Both the position numbers and the translations under genes were made by a program. Under the pieces are notes generated by a model, which saw nothing but the letters and a program-made list of their open reading frames with translations, ran no database searches and had not been told where the DNA came from. Below, piece by piece: positions 39,988 through 49,660 of a DNA stretch of 50,037 nt; position 1 is the stretch's first letter; the number at the start of each line of letters is the position of its first letter. This DNA is from a virus. Location of the stretch: the IMG/VR virus record IMGVR_UViG_3300020559_000006; one strand, given 5' to 3'.

Positions 39988-41307
39988 TTAGAGGGATAGG
40001 ATTAAAGCGCATTTACGGAAGTCGGAAATTTTAGAACCAGTCAGCATATAGTAAGCATTTTTCTCGCTTACCGTGCCAGTATCATAATTCCCCCTAAAAA
40101 CCTGAATTGTTAAGTTCGTGTCAGAGTCGGTGACACTTGCTCCTACCGCACCTGATCCAGGAGTAGGTTCAGCAATTCGGCGGGTGGCCATTAAAATACC
40201 TTCACGATGGTTGACGGTATTAATGGACGGAATACTGGGGATGCTGAATAAATCAGTGCCAGCAACAATATCAGTCGCGGTTAATTTTGTGCCATTGGGG
40301 GCAAAAGGCACAAAACTAACAACGGGGGCAGTGGGAGTGGCTCTACTGATCCTTAGAATCACGCCAAAAGCTTTGACTGTATTACTTGTACCGATTCTGG
40401 CGATTTGTCCTACTGCGACGCTGTTTGATAAAGCGGTGGTACAAGTCAGGGTTAGGTTGATAGCGCCGACGCTGGTAGTAGTAGTGTTATCAGCGTAGGT
40501 AAAGTCAGTATTGGATGCGGCTGATGCAATGGCTAGAGTCGCTTGTGTTCCGGCGTTGGTATCCAAATCGGTAATCGCACTCTGGGAACTGATGACGTTG
40601 GATGCGCCGATGTTAAACCCAAAACGGGGTATGAAATTTCTCATACCGTCTTGAATCATTTGTCCACTACCAATGGTGGAGGCGGCAAAACCAGTTACCG
40701 CAATAGAGTCGGACAGGAACGCACCACCAGCCACAGGTGAAATTAGCGCGAAACGGTCAGCCTTGGGGACATTCTCTTTATCCAAAACCACACCCGCACC
40801 AGTTAGCCCGCTGCTATTGAAGTTGGTTAGTTGCCCGGTGGTGGAATCTACACACGCAGATAAACCAATGGGAGCGTTAGCACCTAAAGCCACAGATCCG
40901 GTTGTTGCCGTCCAAGTGGTAAACAATGAATTCATGTACTCATCGTTCGGCGTAGCGATCGCATCCGCTATTTGAGATCCAGTTTCTACCAAGTATCTCT
41001 CGATACTTTGACGGGGGTCTAGCCCGTAAGTCACCCAGCCATCAAACCACAGCCGCTCTAAAGCCACCGTACCGGAGAAGAAACCAGCCTCGGTGAAAGT
41101 ACCAGCCGCAACGCGAGGGTTTAAGTCTGTAGCTCGTCGTCGTCTTGGACGGCGGATCTTAACCTCATTGCCAACTTCAAAAGCACCGGGTTCGTAATTT
41201 GTAATACAAACACGGGGATACATCGCCATTAAGTTCAATTGCGTCAACGCGCTTAGGGCAATGCGAGTTTCTAAAAGTGCATCGTTACCGGTAAATTGTG
41301 GAGGCAT
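39988..41307 (-). CDS. Major capsid protein candidate
   Basis: 439 aa, immediately after a scaffold-like gene (portal-scaffold-coat order). No motif-level proof. Confidence 0.6.
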   Translation of the reverse strand: MPPQFTGNDALLETRIALSALTQLNLMAMYPRVCITNYEPGAFEVGNEVKIRRPRRRRATDLNPRVAAGTFTEAGFFSGTVALERLWFDGWVTYGLDPRQSIERYLVETGSQIADAIATPNDEYMNSLFTTWTATTGSVALGANAPIGLSACVDSTTGQLTNFNSSGLTGAGVVLDKENVPKADRFALISPVAGGAFLSDSIAVTGFAASTIGSGQMIQDGMRNFIPRFGFNIGASNVISSQSAITDLDTNAGTQATLAIASAASNTDFTYADNTTTTSVGAINLTLTCTTALSNSVAVGQIARIGTSNTVKAFGVILRISRATPTAPVVSFVPFAPNGTKLTATDIVAGTDLFSIPSIPSINTVNHREGILMATRRIAEPTPGSGAVGASVTDSDTNLTIQVFRGNYDTGTVSEKNAYYMLTGSKISDFRKCALILSL

Positions 41308-41334
41308 AAATTTTCTTTGTAGAAATTACTTGGA

Positions 41335-42201
41335 TTAAGCTTTCCCAAATTGCTGTTCAAGGAGTTGGTTATAGGCTTTCATGGCTTCGGGGTCTTTGTT
41401 GTAGTTGTCGTAAATTTCCTGAGCAGTCATTTTTGCAAAATCGTATGGACTCTTTTGAGGTGTAGGGCGACTACCGGGTGTGGCATCTGTTCCCGTTCCG
41501 GCTCTAGGAACAGCAAAATGGGCAAATTCTGTTTCCAGTATGTTTGGGAGAACATCTTTAAATTCAGCCTTAACGAGATCTCCAAATTTATCGGTAGATC
41601 TGATGTACAGTTTGTTAGCTTCTTTGTCCTCGATCAGCAATCCGCGCTTTTCCAGTAGGGTTAGTAAATCGCCTTCGGTGTTTGACCGTACCAAACCTAA
41701 TGCCCGCATTTGATCCAATACTTCATTCCTCATGCGAGATTGCCGGTCCGTTTCTCTAAGAGCTTGAGTTTCCCTGTCCCGATCGTCAAGCTGTTGTTGA
41801 ATCTGTTGGATCTGGGACTCATACTGTGATTTGACCTGCTCTGTTAAAGATGCTTTGATCTCTTCTATCTCATTGCCAGTTAATCGGGGTTCTCCGGCTG
41901 AGGTTGGGGTAGCTGATTCTTCTTCCTCTGTTTCCTGTCTCAACTTATTGAGAAAGTCAAGACTTGGGTTTATTGCTTCAAATCTCTCTTCCAATTGATG
42001 AGCCATTTGCTCGGATAACTTGGTTGAAGATTCCGATATGGCATCAAAAAGTTTTTTAACATCTCGCTGTTGTTTTTCGATTATTTCAATCTGTTCGGTT
42101 AATGGCTTAACAGCCCCTTCTATCACCGCAGGAAGAATTGCAGGGATTGTGGATTTAATAGCGTCTTGGATGGCTGCAAGAATTTCGGGGTCTAATGGCA
42201 T
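41335..42201 (-). CDS. Scaffolding protein candidate
   Basis: 288 aa, highly charged helical / coiled-coil composition, upstream of the capsid gene. Confidence 0.55.
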   Translation of the reverse strand: MPLDPEILAAIQDAIKSTIPAILPAVIEGAVKPLTEQIEIIEKQQRDVKKLFDAISESSTKLSEQMAHQLEERFEAINPSLDFLNKLRQETEEEESATPTSAGEPRLTGNEIEEIKASLTEQVKSQYESQIQQIQQQLDDRDRETQALRETDRQSRMRNEVLDQMRALGLVRSNTEGDLLTLLEKRGLLIEDKEANKLYIRSTDKFGDLVKAEFKDVLPNILETEFAHFAVPRAGTGTDATPGSRPTPQKSPYDFAKMTAQEIYDNYNKDPEAMKAYNQLLEQQFGKA

Positions 42202-42273
42202 AAATTAAATTTAATTTTGTTTGTACCGTTATTGTTCCCATTGGGAAAAATAAGTCAAAACGAAAAAACTTTT

Positions 42274-42999
42274 ATGGCTTTATCGGATATCAAAGATTTG
42301 TTATCAGCCATTTGGGGGGTAACAAGAGATCGCATCCCTGTATTGTCCAACGGCAAAATCCCTGTAGAAGTTGGTAGCTTAAATGTCACGGTCGGCAATG
42401 CTTCTTTGGAGATCGCTAATGATGTAGGTAATCCTGTTCCAATTAATGATGCGGGGGGCAGTATTACAGTAGACGGTACATTTTGGCAATCTACACAGCC
42501 CGTCAGTATTGCTACTTCTCCGGCAGGTTTAGCTTATGTATCTTCAGCTTCATTAACAAGACCCGCTAACGTCACAGCTTACACAGCTAATGATGTGTAT
42601 GGTGGTGTATTTGAACTTCAGAATATTGGTGCTAGTGGTGGGTTTATATTTATTGAAAGCTTAGATATTATTTTCAATATCACAGCAGTACCAGCAGGTA
42701 TGAGTACCTTTACCTTGTATTTATACGGTGTTACCCCACCATCAGCTATAGCTGATAATCTACCATTTTCTATATCTTCTGGAGATAGAGCAAGTATTCT
42801 CAATCCCAGAGGTATAGCTTTATCTGCATCATTAGCTCAAGGTGGTGGTGGTAGTGTAGTTGCTGAGGCGAGAAACCTAAGCCAACTTTATAAACTAACT
42901 GGCACTTCTTTGTTTGGATATGTGGTGACAAGTGGTGCATTTACTCCGGCTGCAAATAGTGAAAGTTTTACAATTAGAGTTAGGAGTTTTGCACCATGA
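42274..42999 (+). CDS. Fibre-like structural protein (module B)
   Basis: Beta-rich Ser/Thr/Gly/Ala composition. Start taken at ATG 42274. Confidence 0.4.
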   Translation: MALSDIKDLLSAIWGVTRDRIPVLSNGKIPVEVGSLNVTVGNASLEIANDVGNPVPINDAGGSITVDGTFWQSTQPVSIATSPAGLAYVSSASLTRPANVTAYTANDVYGGVFELQNIGASGGFIFIESLDIIFNITAVPAGMSTFTLYLYGVTPPSAIADNLPFSISSGDRASILNPRGIALSASLAQGGGGSVVAEARNLSQLYKLTGTSLFGYVVTSGAFTPAANSESFTIRVRSFAP

Positions 43000-43844
43000 G
43001 AACTTCTACTAGAATGGTGGTGTTGCGTGGTTTTAAATGTGTTCTTGATTTAATTTTTGCTATAGCCTTTGTCGCTTATGGATTAAGACGGCTTTCCAGG
43101 TTTTGGACTGGCGCAGCTATAAGAGTAATGAGAACTAGTGATGATGCGGAGCTAGATATAGGTTTTATTAGAGAGGATTTAGATGTAGTTACATTATTAG
43201 CATTTGTCGGTTTGGCCAACGGTGAGATTGTTATCTGGTATGATCAATCTGGCAATGGTCGTCATGCAGTTTCAACGGCGGGGAGGCGGCCGCGCATTGT
43301 GAACGCAGGGGTACTTGATATTGCCAACGGCAAACCCGCTGTCAGGTTTAACGGGTCAAATACGTTTTTCAGTGGTGTATCCCTTCCACTTTCTCAGCTT
43401 ACCTTAATATCTGTGTTGAATGACGTAACACAAGCACCAACTATTCGCTATTCTATTGGGACTGGCAGCGGTTCACCCGGAAGGGGAATATTCAGCAGCT
43501 TTACTGGATTCGTCCCGCCAACCCCAAATGCCTCATTGGGATACATTCCAGACGCAGGAGTTCCAGTAGTGCAGACAGGCTTTTTGCCAACAATAGGACA
43601 GTCTTATGTTGTGAGCTTAACCACGACTGCGACAGAATCAAGCATTTGGGCAAACGGTGGCAATAATGGAACGGGTGGAAAAATCACACTGAACCAACTC
43701 TTTATTGGTCAACGCGGTGACGGTCAGTGGTATTACGATGGGTATAACTCAGAAACTATCGTATTCCCATCGGCACTCTCCACCACCGACCGACAAACCC
43801 TTGAGCGTAACCAAGGCAATTACTACAACATTACAGTAGCATAA
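42996..43844 (+). CDS. LamG/concanavalin-like protein (module B)
   Basis: WYDQSGNGRHAV...GKPAVRFNGSNTFF pattern. ATGA overlap. Confidence 0.5.
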   Translation: MRTSTRMVVLRGFKCVLDLIFAIAFVAYGLRRLSRFWTGAAIRVMRTSDDAELDIGFIREDLDVVTLLAFVGLANGEIVIWYDQSGNGRHAVSTAGRRPRIVNAGVLDIANGKPAVRFNGSNTFFSGVSLPLSQLTLISVLNDVTQAPTIRYSIGTGSGSPGRGIFSSFTGFVPPTPNASLGYIPDAGVPVVQTGFLPTIGQSYVVSLTTTATESSIWANGGNNGTGGKITLNQLFIGQRGDGQWYYDGYNSETIVFPSALSTTDRQTLERNQGNYYNITVA

Positions 43845-43889
43845 GGAAAATCATGAAAATTTTGCAACTATTAGTGGATAATTAAAATT

Positions 43890-44321
43890 ATGACAAAACA
43901 ACAATGGCTGATTACTCAAATTGAACAATTCCCTCAATTATCTGCCAGGGAATTAGTATCTTACTTGAACGATAAAGTATTAGTTAATAATCCAGTTCTT
44001 ATCGGACAAATACCTGTATTAACTACACTAGAAGAAGTATCGGACGTAGTTACGGATGATGAAGTTTTAGCTATAGCTGAAAGTCCAGTCTATTTAAGGA
44101 TATTAGATGCTATTGCCCAAAATCGACCTGATTGGATTGTTGGAAATTTAACTACTTTAAAACGTGGAGGTAAGTTAAGTCAGGCAAGTTTTGATGCTAT
44201 CATAGCGTTACTTCAAAGGACTCAACCAGACCCTAATTATCAAGAGCAAATAAGTATAAGCCCTGCTGAGTTAGCGGGGCATGGGGCTATTTTAGTTAGT
44301 GATGTAGAAGAGTTGATTTAA
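43890..44321 (+). CDS. Conserved small protein, paralogue of 14388..14846
   Basis: Shared motifs listed for the other copy. Confidence 0.55.
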   Translation: MTKQQWLITQIEQFPQLSARELVSYLNDKVLVNNPVLIGQIPVLTTLEEVSDVVTDDEVLAIAESPVYLRILDAIAQNRPDWIVGNLTTLKRGGKLSQASFDAIIALLQRTQPDPNYQEQISISPAELAGHGAILVSDVEELI

Positions 44322-44370
44322 AACCACTTAGAAATCAGGGGGTTTTCATTTTCTAAATTCTAGCAGAAGA

Positions 44371-44405
44371 AAGAGCGAAACTTTTACTATTATTCGCTCT
44401 TTTTT
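44371..44405. terminator. Bidirectional terminator between module B and portal
   Basis: AAGAGCGAA-13 nt-TTCGCTCTT followed by TTTT. Confidence 0.7.
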
Positions 44406-44440
44406 CCGTTGATAATCTGGTGTTTTCTACCAAGGTTTCG

Positions 44441-45955
44441 TTAATCACTGCTTATAAAACCTGTATTCTCAGCAGTTTTGTTGTTAGAAATTTCCCCTAA
44501 AGCCTTTTCAATAGCGATCGCATCAAGGTCGTAGCTCCTAGCCGCCCGTTTTACAAAATGCTTCTGTATTTCCTTCTTAAAAGTTGGGGACGGGATAGCA
44601 GCAACATCCATCAACTGCATATCTTGTAAAAGTTCTGTCAGTGAAAAACCCAGAAACTCGTCATAGCCTGTAATTTCCCAATCAACAATTTCACCGTGAG
44701 CGATCGCCGCAGGTTCGAGAATTTGTAGCACAAATTCTTTGACACATTGCCCATATCGCTCTAATAAAATTTCTTCTGGTCTTCTATCTTCTGCCTTGGA
44801 AACTCCCGACCGAGCAATTATAGCCGCACCATCCGACGCGCTCATGGCTATTTGTTGAAGTACGTCATAAATATCTCGCTTAATCTCAGAGCGATAACTA
44901 ATAGCGGTTTGGATATTTCCGCCGCTACGCTCAAATGATGTGATGGATTGCCCTGTTTTTAATGTTAAATAATATCCGTCCCCCATCTTCCGATTTTGCA
45001 GTGGATCATCATCTTCATCATCCACGCCCGTGATTATAGGCATTGAATAATTGCTTGTATAAAGCGCGTATTCTGCCGCCGCAGTTTGGTTAAAATAAGA
45101 CTTTTGGCAATCAAATAATTGTGCCGCCATCCATAGTGATTTTGGTAAAGTCAAGGTAACAATCGGAAATTCAAATTTACCCCGGACATTAAAAATCGGT
45201 GCATCTTCAATAACAGTTTCAATCGTGATTTCTTTGCGGTCTACTGTATCAATAAACGACTGAGGTGGCACTGGCTTATTATCTTTAGGAATCTTTTTAA
45301 CAATATATTTGGAGGTAAAAACCGCGCTACCCGTACGATAAAAAACAGTAAAAGTATGCTGTGGAATTGGCGCACTATCCCATGTTTGTTGCGCCAATTG
45401 GAATTGGTGCAATTTACAAAAACTAAATCCCTCCCGTCCGCTTTTCCAGTCCCACATTGCAGTCCTGGGGTGAAGGATTACATACGGGTTTAGCTCTCCC
45501 GATTCCTTTTGATGCGCTAATGACACCGCGCCAACTGCTGATTTAGTATCTATTTGTGCGATCGCTTTACCAGTTGTCAATGCCATAAACATCGAGTTCA
45601 TCAAGAAAGTGTTGAACGATGCTCTACCGTCGTCGTCGCCTTCCAGTAATGCCCCATTTTTAAAAAACTCATTACTCCAAAACGGATCGGTACTTCCAGT
45701 GGGTACAGCCGGATTTTTAAAAAGTTCTGAGTTGAATCTGGATAAAATTGGTGAGATTTTATTACAATATGTGGCTAACCTTGTCCGTTCCTTCATAACT
45801 CCCTCTGGCCTGCCGTCGGGATTAGGTAAAAGTTTCCGCTTCATGTCATCTGTCATGGAATCACCACCCTCAACTACTGCGGTTAGGAGTTCCCAGTATT
45901 CGCAAAATTGGATGTGTTCAGGATGACGGCGTTTAAGTGCTTCTAATGTTGGCAT
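44441..45955 (-). CDS. Portal protein candidate
   Basis: 504 aa, head-module position. Assignment by size and position only. Confidence 0.55.
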   Translation of the reverse strand: MPTLEALKRRHPEHIQFCEYWELLTAVVEGGDSMTDDMKRKLLPNPDGRPEGVMKERTRLATYCNKISPILSRFNSELFKNPAVPTGSTDPFWSNEFFKNGALLEGDDDGRASFNTFLMNSMFMALTTGKAIAQIDTKSAVGAVSLAHQKESGELNPYVILHPRTAMWDWKSGREGFSFCKLHQFQLAQQTWDSAPIPQHTFTVFYRTGSAVFTSKYIVKKIPKDNKPVPPQSFIDTVDRKEITIETVIEDAPIFNVRGKFEFPIVTLTLPKSLWMAAQLFDCQKSYFNQTAAAEYALYTSNYSMPIITGVDDEDDDPLQNRKMGDGYYLTLKTGQSITSFERSGGNIQTAISYRSEIKRDIYDVLQQIAMSASDGAAIIARSGVSKAEDRRPEEILLERYGQCVKEFVLQILEPAAIAHGEIVDWEITGYDEFLGFSLTELLQDMQLMDVAAIPSPTFKKEIQKHFVKRAARSYDLDAIAIEKALGEISNNKTAENTGFISSD

Positions 45956-45999
45956 AGGGAAAACTCATAATGTTGTTGATAAGAATTTTCCCTGTGAGC

Positions 46000-46055
46000 T
46001 TATAAGACCTCGCGGTAAGCGTAAAACTCAGCGGCTTTAGCCCTGAGAGTGTCAA
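46000..46055. repeat. 56-bp inverted repeat, copy 2
   Basis: See 39230-39285. On the minus strand it contains the hairpin CTCAGGGC-TAAA-GCCGCTGAG followed by TTTT, 17 nt after the stop of 46064..46639. Confidence 0.9.
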
Positions 46056-46063
46056 TTGTCAGG

Positions 46064-46639
46064 TTATAATATTTTTTCTGCTTGCAAATCATGGGAACTA
46101 TCGGCTAGTTCCCAACGAATTTCTTTTTCTAATAGAGAAATCCAGTTGGTTCTCTCTATTTGCGATCGCCAAGGAAACTTTTTGCTATTGGATACCTTTA
46201 GAGCATGAAAGGCTACGGATGCGATCGCATTTTTGGAGGCATTTCTAACGAATCCACTACTCTCGATCCTGTCACCGCAAAGATCAACGTCCCACAAATA
46301 AGTAGGAGTGACAGTGCCATTAATGCCAGACCTGAATACACCGAAACGGTGTGTCTGGTTTTGATATTCTCGATTTCTTCCGGCGGAGAAATTAGATCGC
46401 CGTAGATTTCTGCCCAGGGTGGACAGGCTATCAAGGGCAATGATGAGGTCGTAATCTCCGACTCTGGGGAGAGGGATAATCCTGTATCCGTCCCCTTTTT
46501 TTCTGTCAATCTTGGCGACGGCGCAGTGGAATCCGTATTCCACAGAAACCAATGTGCGGTTTTGTGGTTTTGATTTGCCCGTGATTCTAAGCCATGCTTT
46601 GGTAATGAGCTTTTCAATTTTTTTTATCCAATTTTTCAT
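46064..46639 (-). CDS. Hypothetical protein (191 aa)
   Basis: ORF with two HIP1 sites; no motif recognised. Confidence 0.55.
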   Translation of the reverse strand: MKNWIKKIEKLITKAWLRITGKSKPQNRTLVSVEYGFHCAVAKIDRKKGDGYRIIPLPRVGDYDLIIALDSLSTLGRNLRRSNFSAGRNREYQNQTHRFGVFRSGINGTVTPTYLWDVDLCGDRIESSGFVRNASKNAIASVAFHALKVSNSKKFPWRSQIERTNWISLLEKEIRWELADSSHDLQAEKIL

Positions 46640-46689
46640 AAGATTACCATTTAAGTAACAATGCTTAAAAAACTAAAATAATAATTTAA

Positions 46690-47019
46690 CTATTCTCGAT
46701 CTTCATTATCTAAGAATTTAGCATCTAAGAATTTAGCGATTTTAGTAGCTATGCCATCAGTAGGTGCGCCTAGTAAATAGGCTATCAATGATATTTGGGC
46801 GATCGCCAATACTTGGGGAATTTCTTCAATAGAAAATGATTTTATTTCTGGTATATTTTGGGGGAATTCAATCTCGATCCGAACAGTTTGCACCCCCATC
46901 AATCCGATGATCATAAATGCGAAAAAATAACTATATCCTTTCCCAACACTAGAATCTTTTTTCATAATTAGTAAATAGCGACCACCCGTGATTGCGATCG
47001 CTAAAGCTAAAGAGTGCAT
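46690..47019 (-). CDS. Small membrane protein (holin candidate)
   Basis: Three hydrophobic segments and a charged C-terminus (DAKFLDNEDRE). Confidence 0.35.
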   Translation of the reverse strand: MHSLALAIAITGGRYLLIMKKDSSVGKGYSYFFAFMIIGLMGVQTVRIEIEFPQNIPEIKSFSIEEIPQVLAIAQISLIAYLLGAPTDGIATKIAKFLDAKFLDNEDRE

Positions 47020-47086
47020 CTATTGATAAATTGATTATAGCATTTTATTGACTGATATTACAACTTGTGCAGTCGTCTCCCAGGAA

Positions 47087-47428
47087 TCACAAAAACCTCC
47101 TGACCTGTTCAAATTTTCCACTAAAAGCAGCCGCCGTCACGCCCTGCTGCTGGATAGTCCACTCTTTGCAAATGTAAAGTTTTCCGTCGTCGGTAGTGTC
47201 ATCAAGCGACAATCTGAATGGTGAACCCCGTCGCGTCCTCAAAAATTCATCTACTTCGGCAAAATTAATAATATTTACGTTGATATCCCACGCGCTGCTA
47301 ATGGTATTAATGCCCTTGGTGGTACGTTGTTCTACCCCAACTTCACCATATTTAGTTTTGGCAATATCAGCGGTTTCGGTTTCTGGATTACTCCAAGTTG
47401 GGGTTAAGGGAATTATTGGGTAAGTCAT
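47087..47428 (-). CDS. Lambda M-like minor tail protein
   Basis: 113 aa. C-terminus FSGKFEQVRRF compares with lambda gpM FSAEFEQVVN as I recall it. Confidence 0.6.
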   Translation of the reverse strand: MTYPIIPLTPTWSNPETETADIAKTKYGEVGVEQRTTKGINTISSAWDINVNIINFAEVDEFLRTRRGSPFRLSLDDTTDDGKLYICKEWTIQQQGVTAAAFSGKFEQVRRFL

Positions 47429-47712
47429 AGAATATTTACCTTATAACCAAGCGCCATTAACTTGACGCTTACTGTACTTGTGTCGTCAGCGTGTCTCATC
47501 CCATTTACCTGAAACGTGAACGTCATAGGAGACAAGCAAACGCCCGTCAAGACACCATTAATAAGTAATGTTTTTGGTTCAGGAATAATCTTGATTAAGT
47601 CCAAAAACCACGATTCATCCAATAAACTGGAAATGGGTTTTCCCTTTATCACAACTTTAATTTCAGGATCTTCGCCCATATTGCCTATATTGTTTAAACC
47701 TAAATAACTCAT
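47425..47712 (-). CDS. Hypothetical protein (95 aa)
   Basis: ORF. Its ATG shares a CATG with the divergent gpI-like start. Confidence 0.35.
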   Translation of the reverse strand: MSYLGLNNIGNMGEDPEIKVVIKGKPISSLLDESWFLDLIKIIPEPKTLLINGVLTGVCLSPMTFTFQVNGMRHADDTSTVSVKLMALGYKVNIL

Positions 47713-48322
47713 GATTACAATCTATTTACAAGGGGAACTTGCAGATTATTTTACCCCACAAATTACCGTTGCTGTATCTAGTGTTGCCGAAGCTATCGCA
47801 GCATTAAAAGCCAACTTCAAAGACTTTGCTAATTACTTGTTTGAAGCGGCTTCGTTTGGGGTAAATTATCAAATCCGGGTAGGGTATCAAGAGATTGGGG
47901 AGGAGCATCTAAAATGCCCAATTTCCAAAAAAGTCCAATCAATCCGCATTACGCCTATAATTGCTGGGGCTGGTGCGGCTGGCAGGATTATCGCCGGGGT
48001 GGCACTGATTGGGTTGGCTGTAGCGGCTTCGTTTGGGGTTGTTGGGCTATTGGGAGTAGCGCCGCTGACAGTTGGGCTAACTGGGGGCGCGTTGTTGTTT
48101 CAGGGCATTTCCGCGCTATTCAGTAGACAAGATTCACCCAGCGGGGATGATAAAAAATCCCTAGTGTTTGGTGGCACGTCAACAACCGTTAAAGAAGGGG
48201 GTCGCGTGCCGATTATTTACGGGGTGGCGTTGGTGGGGCTCTACGTTATCAGTGCCAAGATTACAACTTCCTATGTTTCCGGTGGTAGTGGTGGAGGCGG
48301 TGGTGGAGGTGGGGGCAAATAA
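47711..48322 (+). CDS. Lambda I-like tail assembly protein with poly-Gly C-terminus
   Basis: IRITPIIAGAGAAGRIIAGVALIG, hydrophobic Gly/Ala segment, GGRVPIIYGVALVG. Ends SGGSGGGGGGGGGK. Confidence 0.8.
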   Translation: MITIYLQGELADYFTPQITVAVSSVAEAIAALKANFKDFANYLFEAASFGVNYQIRVGYQEIGEEHLKCPISKKVQSIRITPIIAGAGAAGRIIAGVALIGLAVAASFGVVGLLGVAPLTVGLTGGALLFQGISALFSRQDSPSGDDKKSLVFGGTSTTVKEGGRVPIIYGVALVGLYVISAKITTSYVSGGSGGGGGGGGGK

Positions 48323-48329
48323 GCCTACA

Positions 48330-48572
48330 CTAACTAGCTCTTCTAGACTGAACTATTTCTTCTAACAGCTCTACATACTTGACTTCTAGCCAAGTTCTAG
48401 CGTATAACCCATTACAGATTTCAAACTCGTCAAGAGCTTCGAGTAAGTTAGCGGTCGCAGGTGGGTTAACCACCCATTGATTTAATTTTTGTAGGATGTG
48501 ACACCTTTTCACTGGCTCCAGATCTTCGTATTTGCCAGCGAGTTTAATTTTTTCTTCCTGTGTAAGCCCCAT
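48330..48572 (-). CDS. Hypothetical protein (80 aa)
   Basis: ORF downstream of the FGE-like gene. Confidence 0.5.
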   Translation of the reverse strand: MGLTQEEKIKLAGKYEDLEPVKRCHILQKLNQWVVNPPATANLLEALDEFEICNGLYARTWLEVKYVELLEEIVQSRRAS

Positions 48573-48645
48573 CTTTAATCTCCTATATTAAGGATTGTTT
48601 TTCTCTCACAAAGAACCAATCGCGCCCCGTTGAGGGGCGTTAAAA

Positions 48646-49626
48646 CTAATCCGCCATATCTTCAGTAATACGTTCACACACAACCCGAAAACCAATATGG
48701 ATGTCGTAGTAGTGGTCGAGATTGCTGAGGTTGCGAAAAGCAGAACGACAATTCTCAGGATAGGTGTCCCACGAACCACCGCGCAGCAGTTTCCAGTTAT
48801 TATCCTCTTCATTATTTAGCCATGCGCTTCCATCTATTGGCGCACCTTCATAGTCATTATGCCAATCGTCTTGACACCATTCCCAGACGTTGCCGTGCAT
48901 ATCGTATAATCCAAAGTTATTAGCTACTCCAAAGCTGCCTACTTCTGTTGTTTCTTTTCGATAAACTCCTTTAGATCCTTGACCATAAGTGTAATTACAA
49001 TTGTAGTTAACCAAATCCGTTGTTATCGTCTCTCCAAAGTGAAATGGTGTGGTAGTTCCGGCTCGACAGGCATATTCCCATTCCGCTTCACTTGGCAGTC
49101 TGTAAGTTTTTCCAGTTATTTGGCTTAACTTTTCACAAAAAGCCACTGCATTATCCCAACTAACGCATTCAACAGGACGATTACTACCTTTAAAGAGAGA
49201 AGGGTTAGTTCCCATAATAGCTTGATATTGTGCCTGTGTTACCGGATATTTTCCCATCAAGAAACTAGGAACTGTAACATGATGTTGGGGACGTTCATCA
49301 TCATTGCTACCTTCCTCTGTTTCTGGTGAACCCATCATAAAACTGCCACTAGGAATCATCACCATTTCTAATTGAACTACATTATATCCTGTTTTTTTAG
49401 CTAGATTTTTCCACTCGGAATGCTTCCAACCTTTTAAAAGGTTGAAGGTTTTTTCATCCATTAAGAGATCATACTCGGAATGCTTCACGCCGATTAAATC
49501 GGCCAATTCCTTGACCCAGGGTAATTCGATTTCACATGAAATCATGTGAGTATTTGTTTGCATTGTTTGATTAGCTTCGACTTCGGTAAATGGTTGGATA
49601 ATTTGATTAGTTTCCATTGGAGTCAT
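48646..49626 (-). CDS. FGE-sulfatase (SUMF1/EgtB/PvdO family) domain protein
   Basis: [13 protein letters not shown]...[22 protein letters not shown]...[14 protein letters not shown]...[17 protein letters not shown]...[15 protein letters not shown]...LRGGSW. Confidence 0.85.
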   Translation of the reverse strand: MTPMETNQIIQPFTEVEANQTMQTNTHMISCEIELPWVKELADLIGVKHSEYDLLMDEKTFNLLKGWKHSEWKNLAKKTGYNVVQLEMVMIPSGSFMMGSPETEEGSNDDERPQHHVTVPSFLMGKYPVTQAQYQAIMGTNPSLFKGSNRPVECVSWDNAVAFCEKLSQITGKTYRLPSEAEWEYACRAGTTTPFHFGETITTDLVNYNCNYTYGQGSKGVYRKETTEVGSFGVANNFGLYDMHGNVWEWCQDDWHNDYEGAPIDGSAWLNNEEDNNWKLLRGGSWDTYPENCRSAFRNLSNLDHYYDIHIGFRVVCERITEDMAD

Positions 49627-49660
49627 CTCTGTCCTGTAATTTGTTTCACTCTATATTTAT

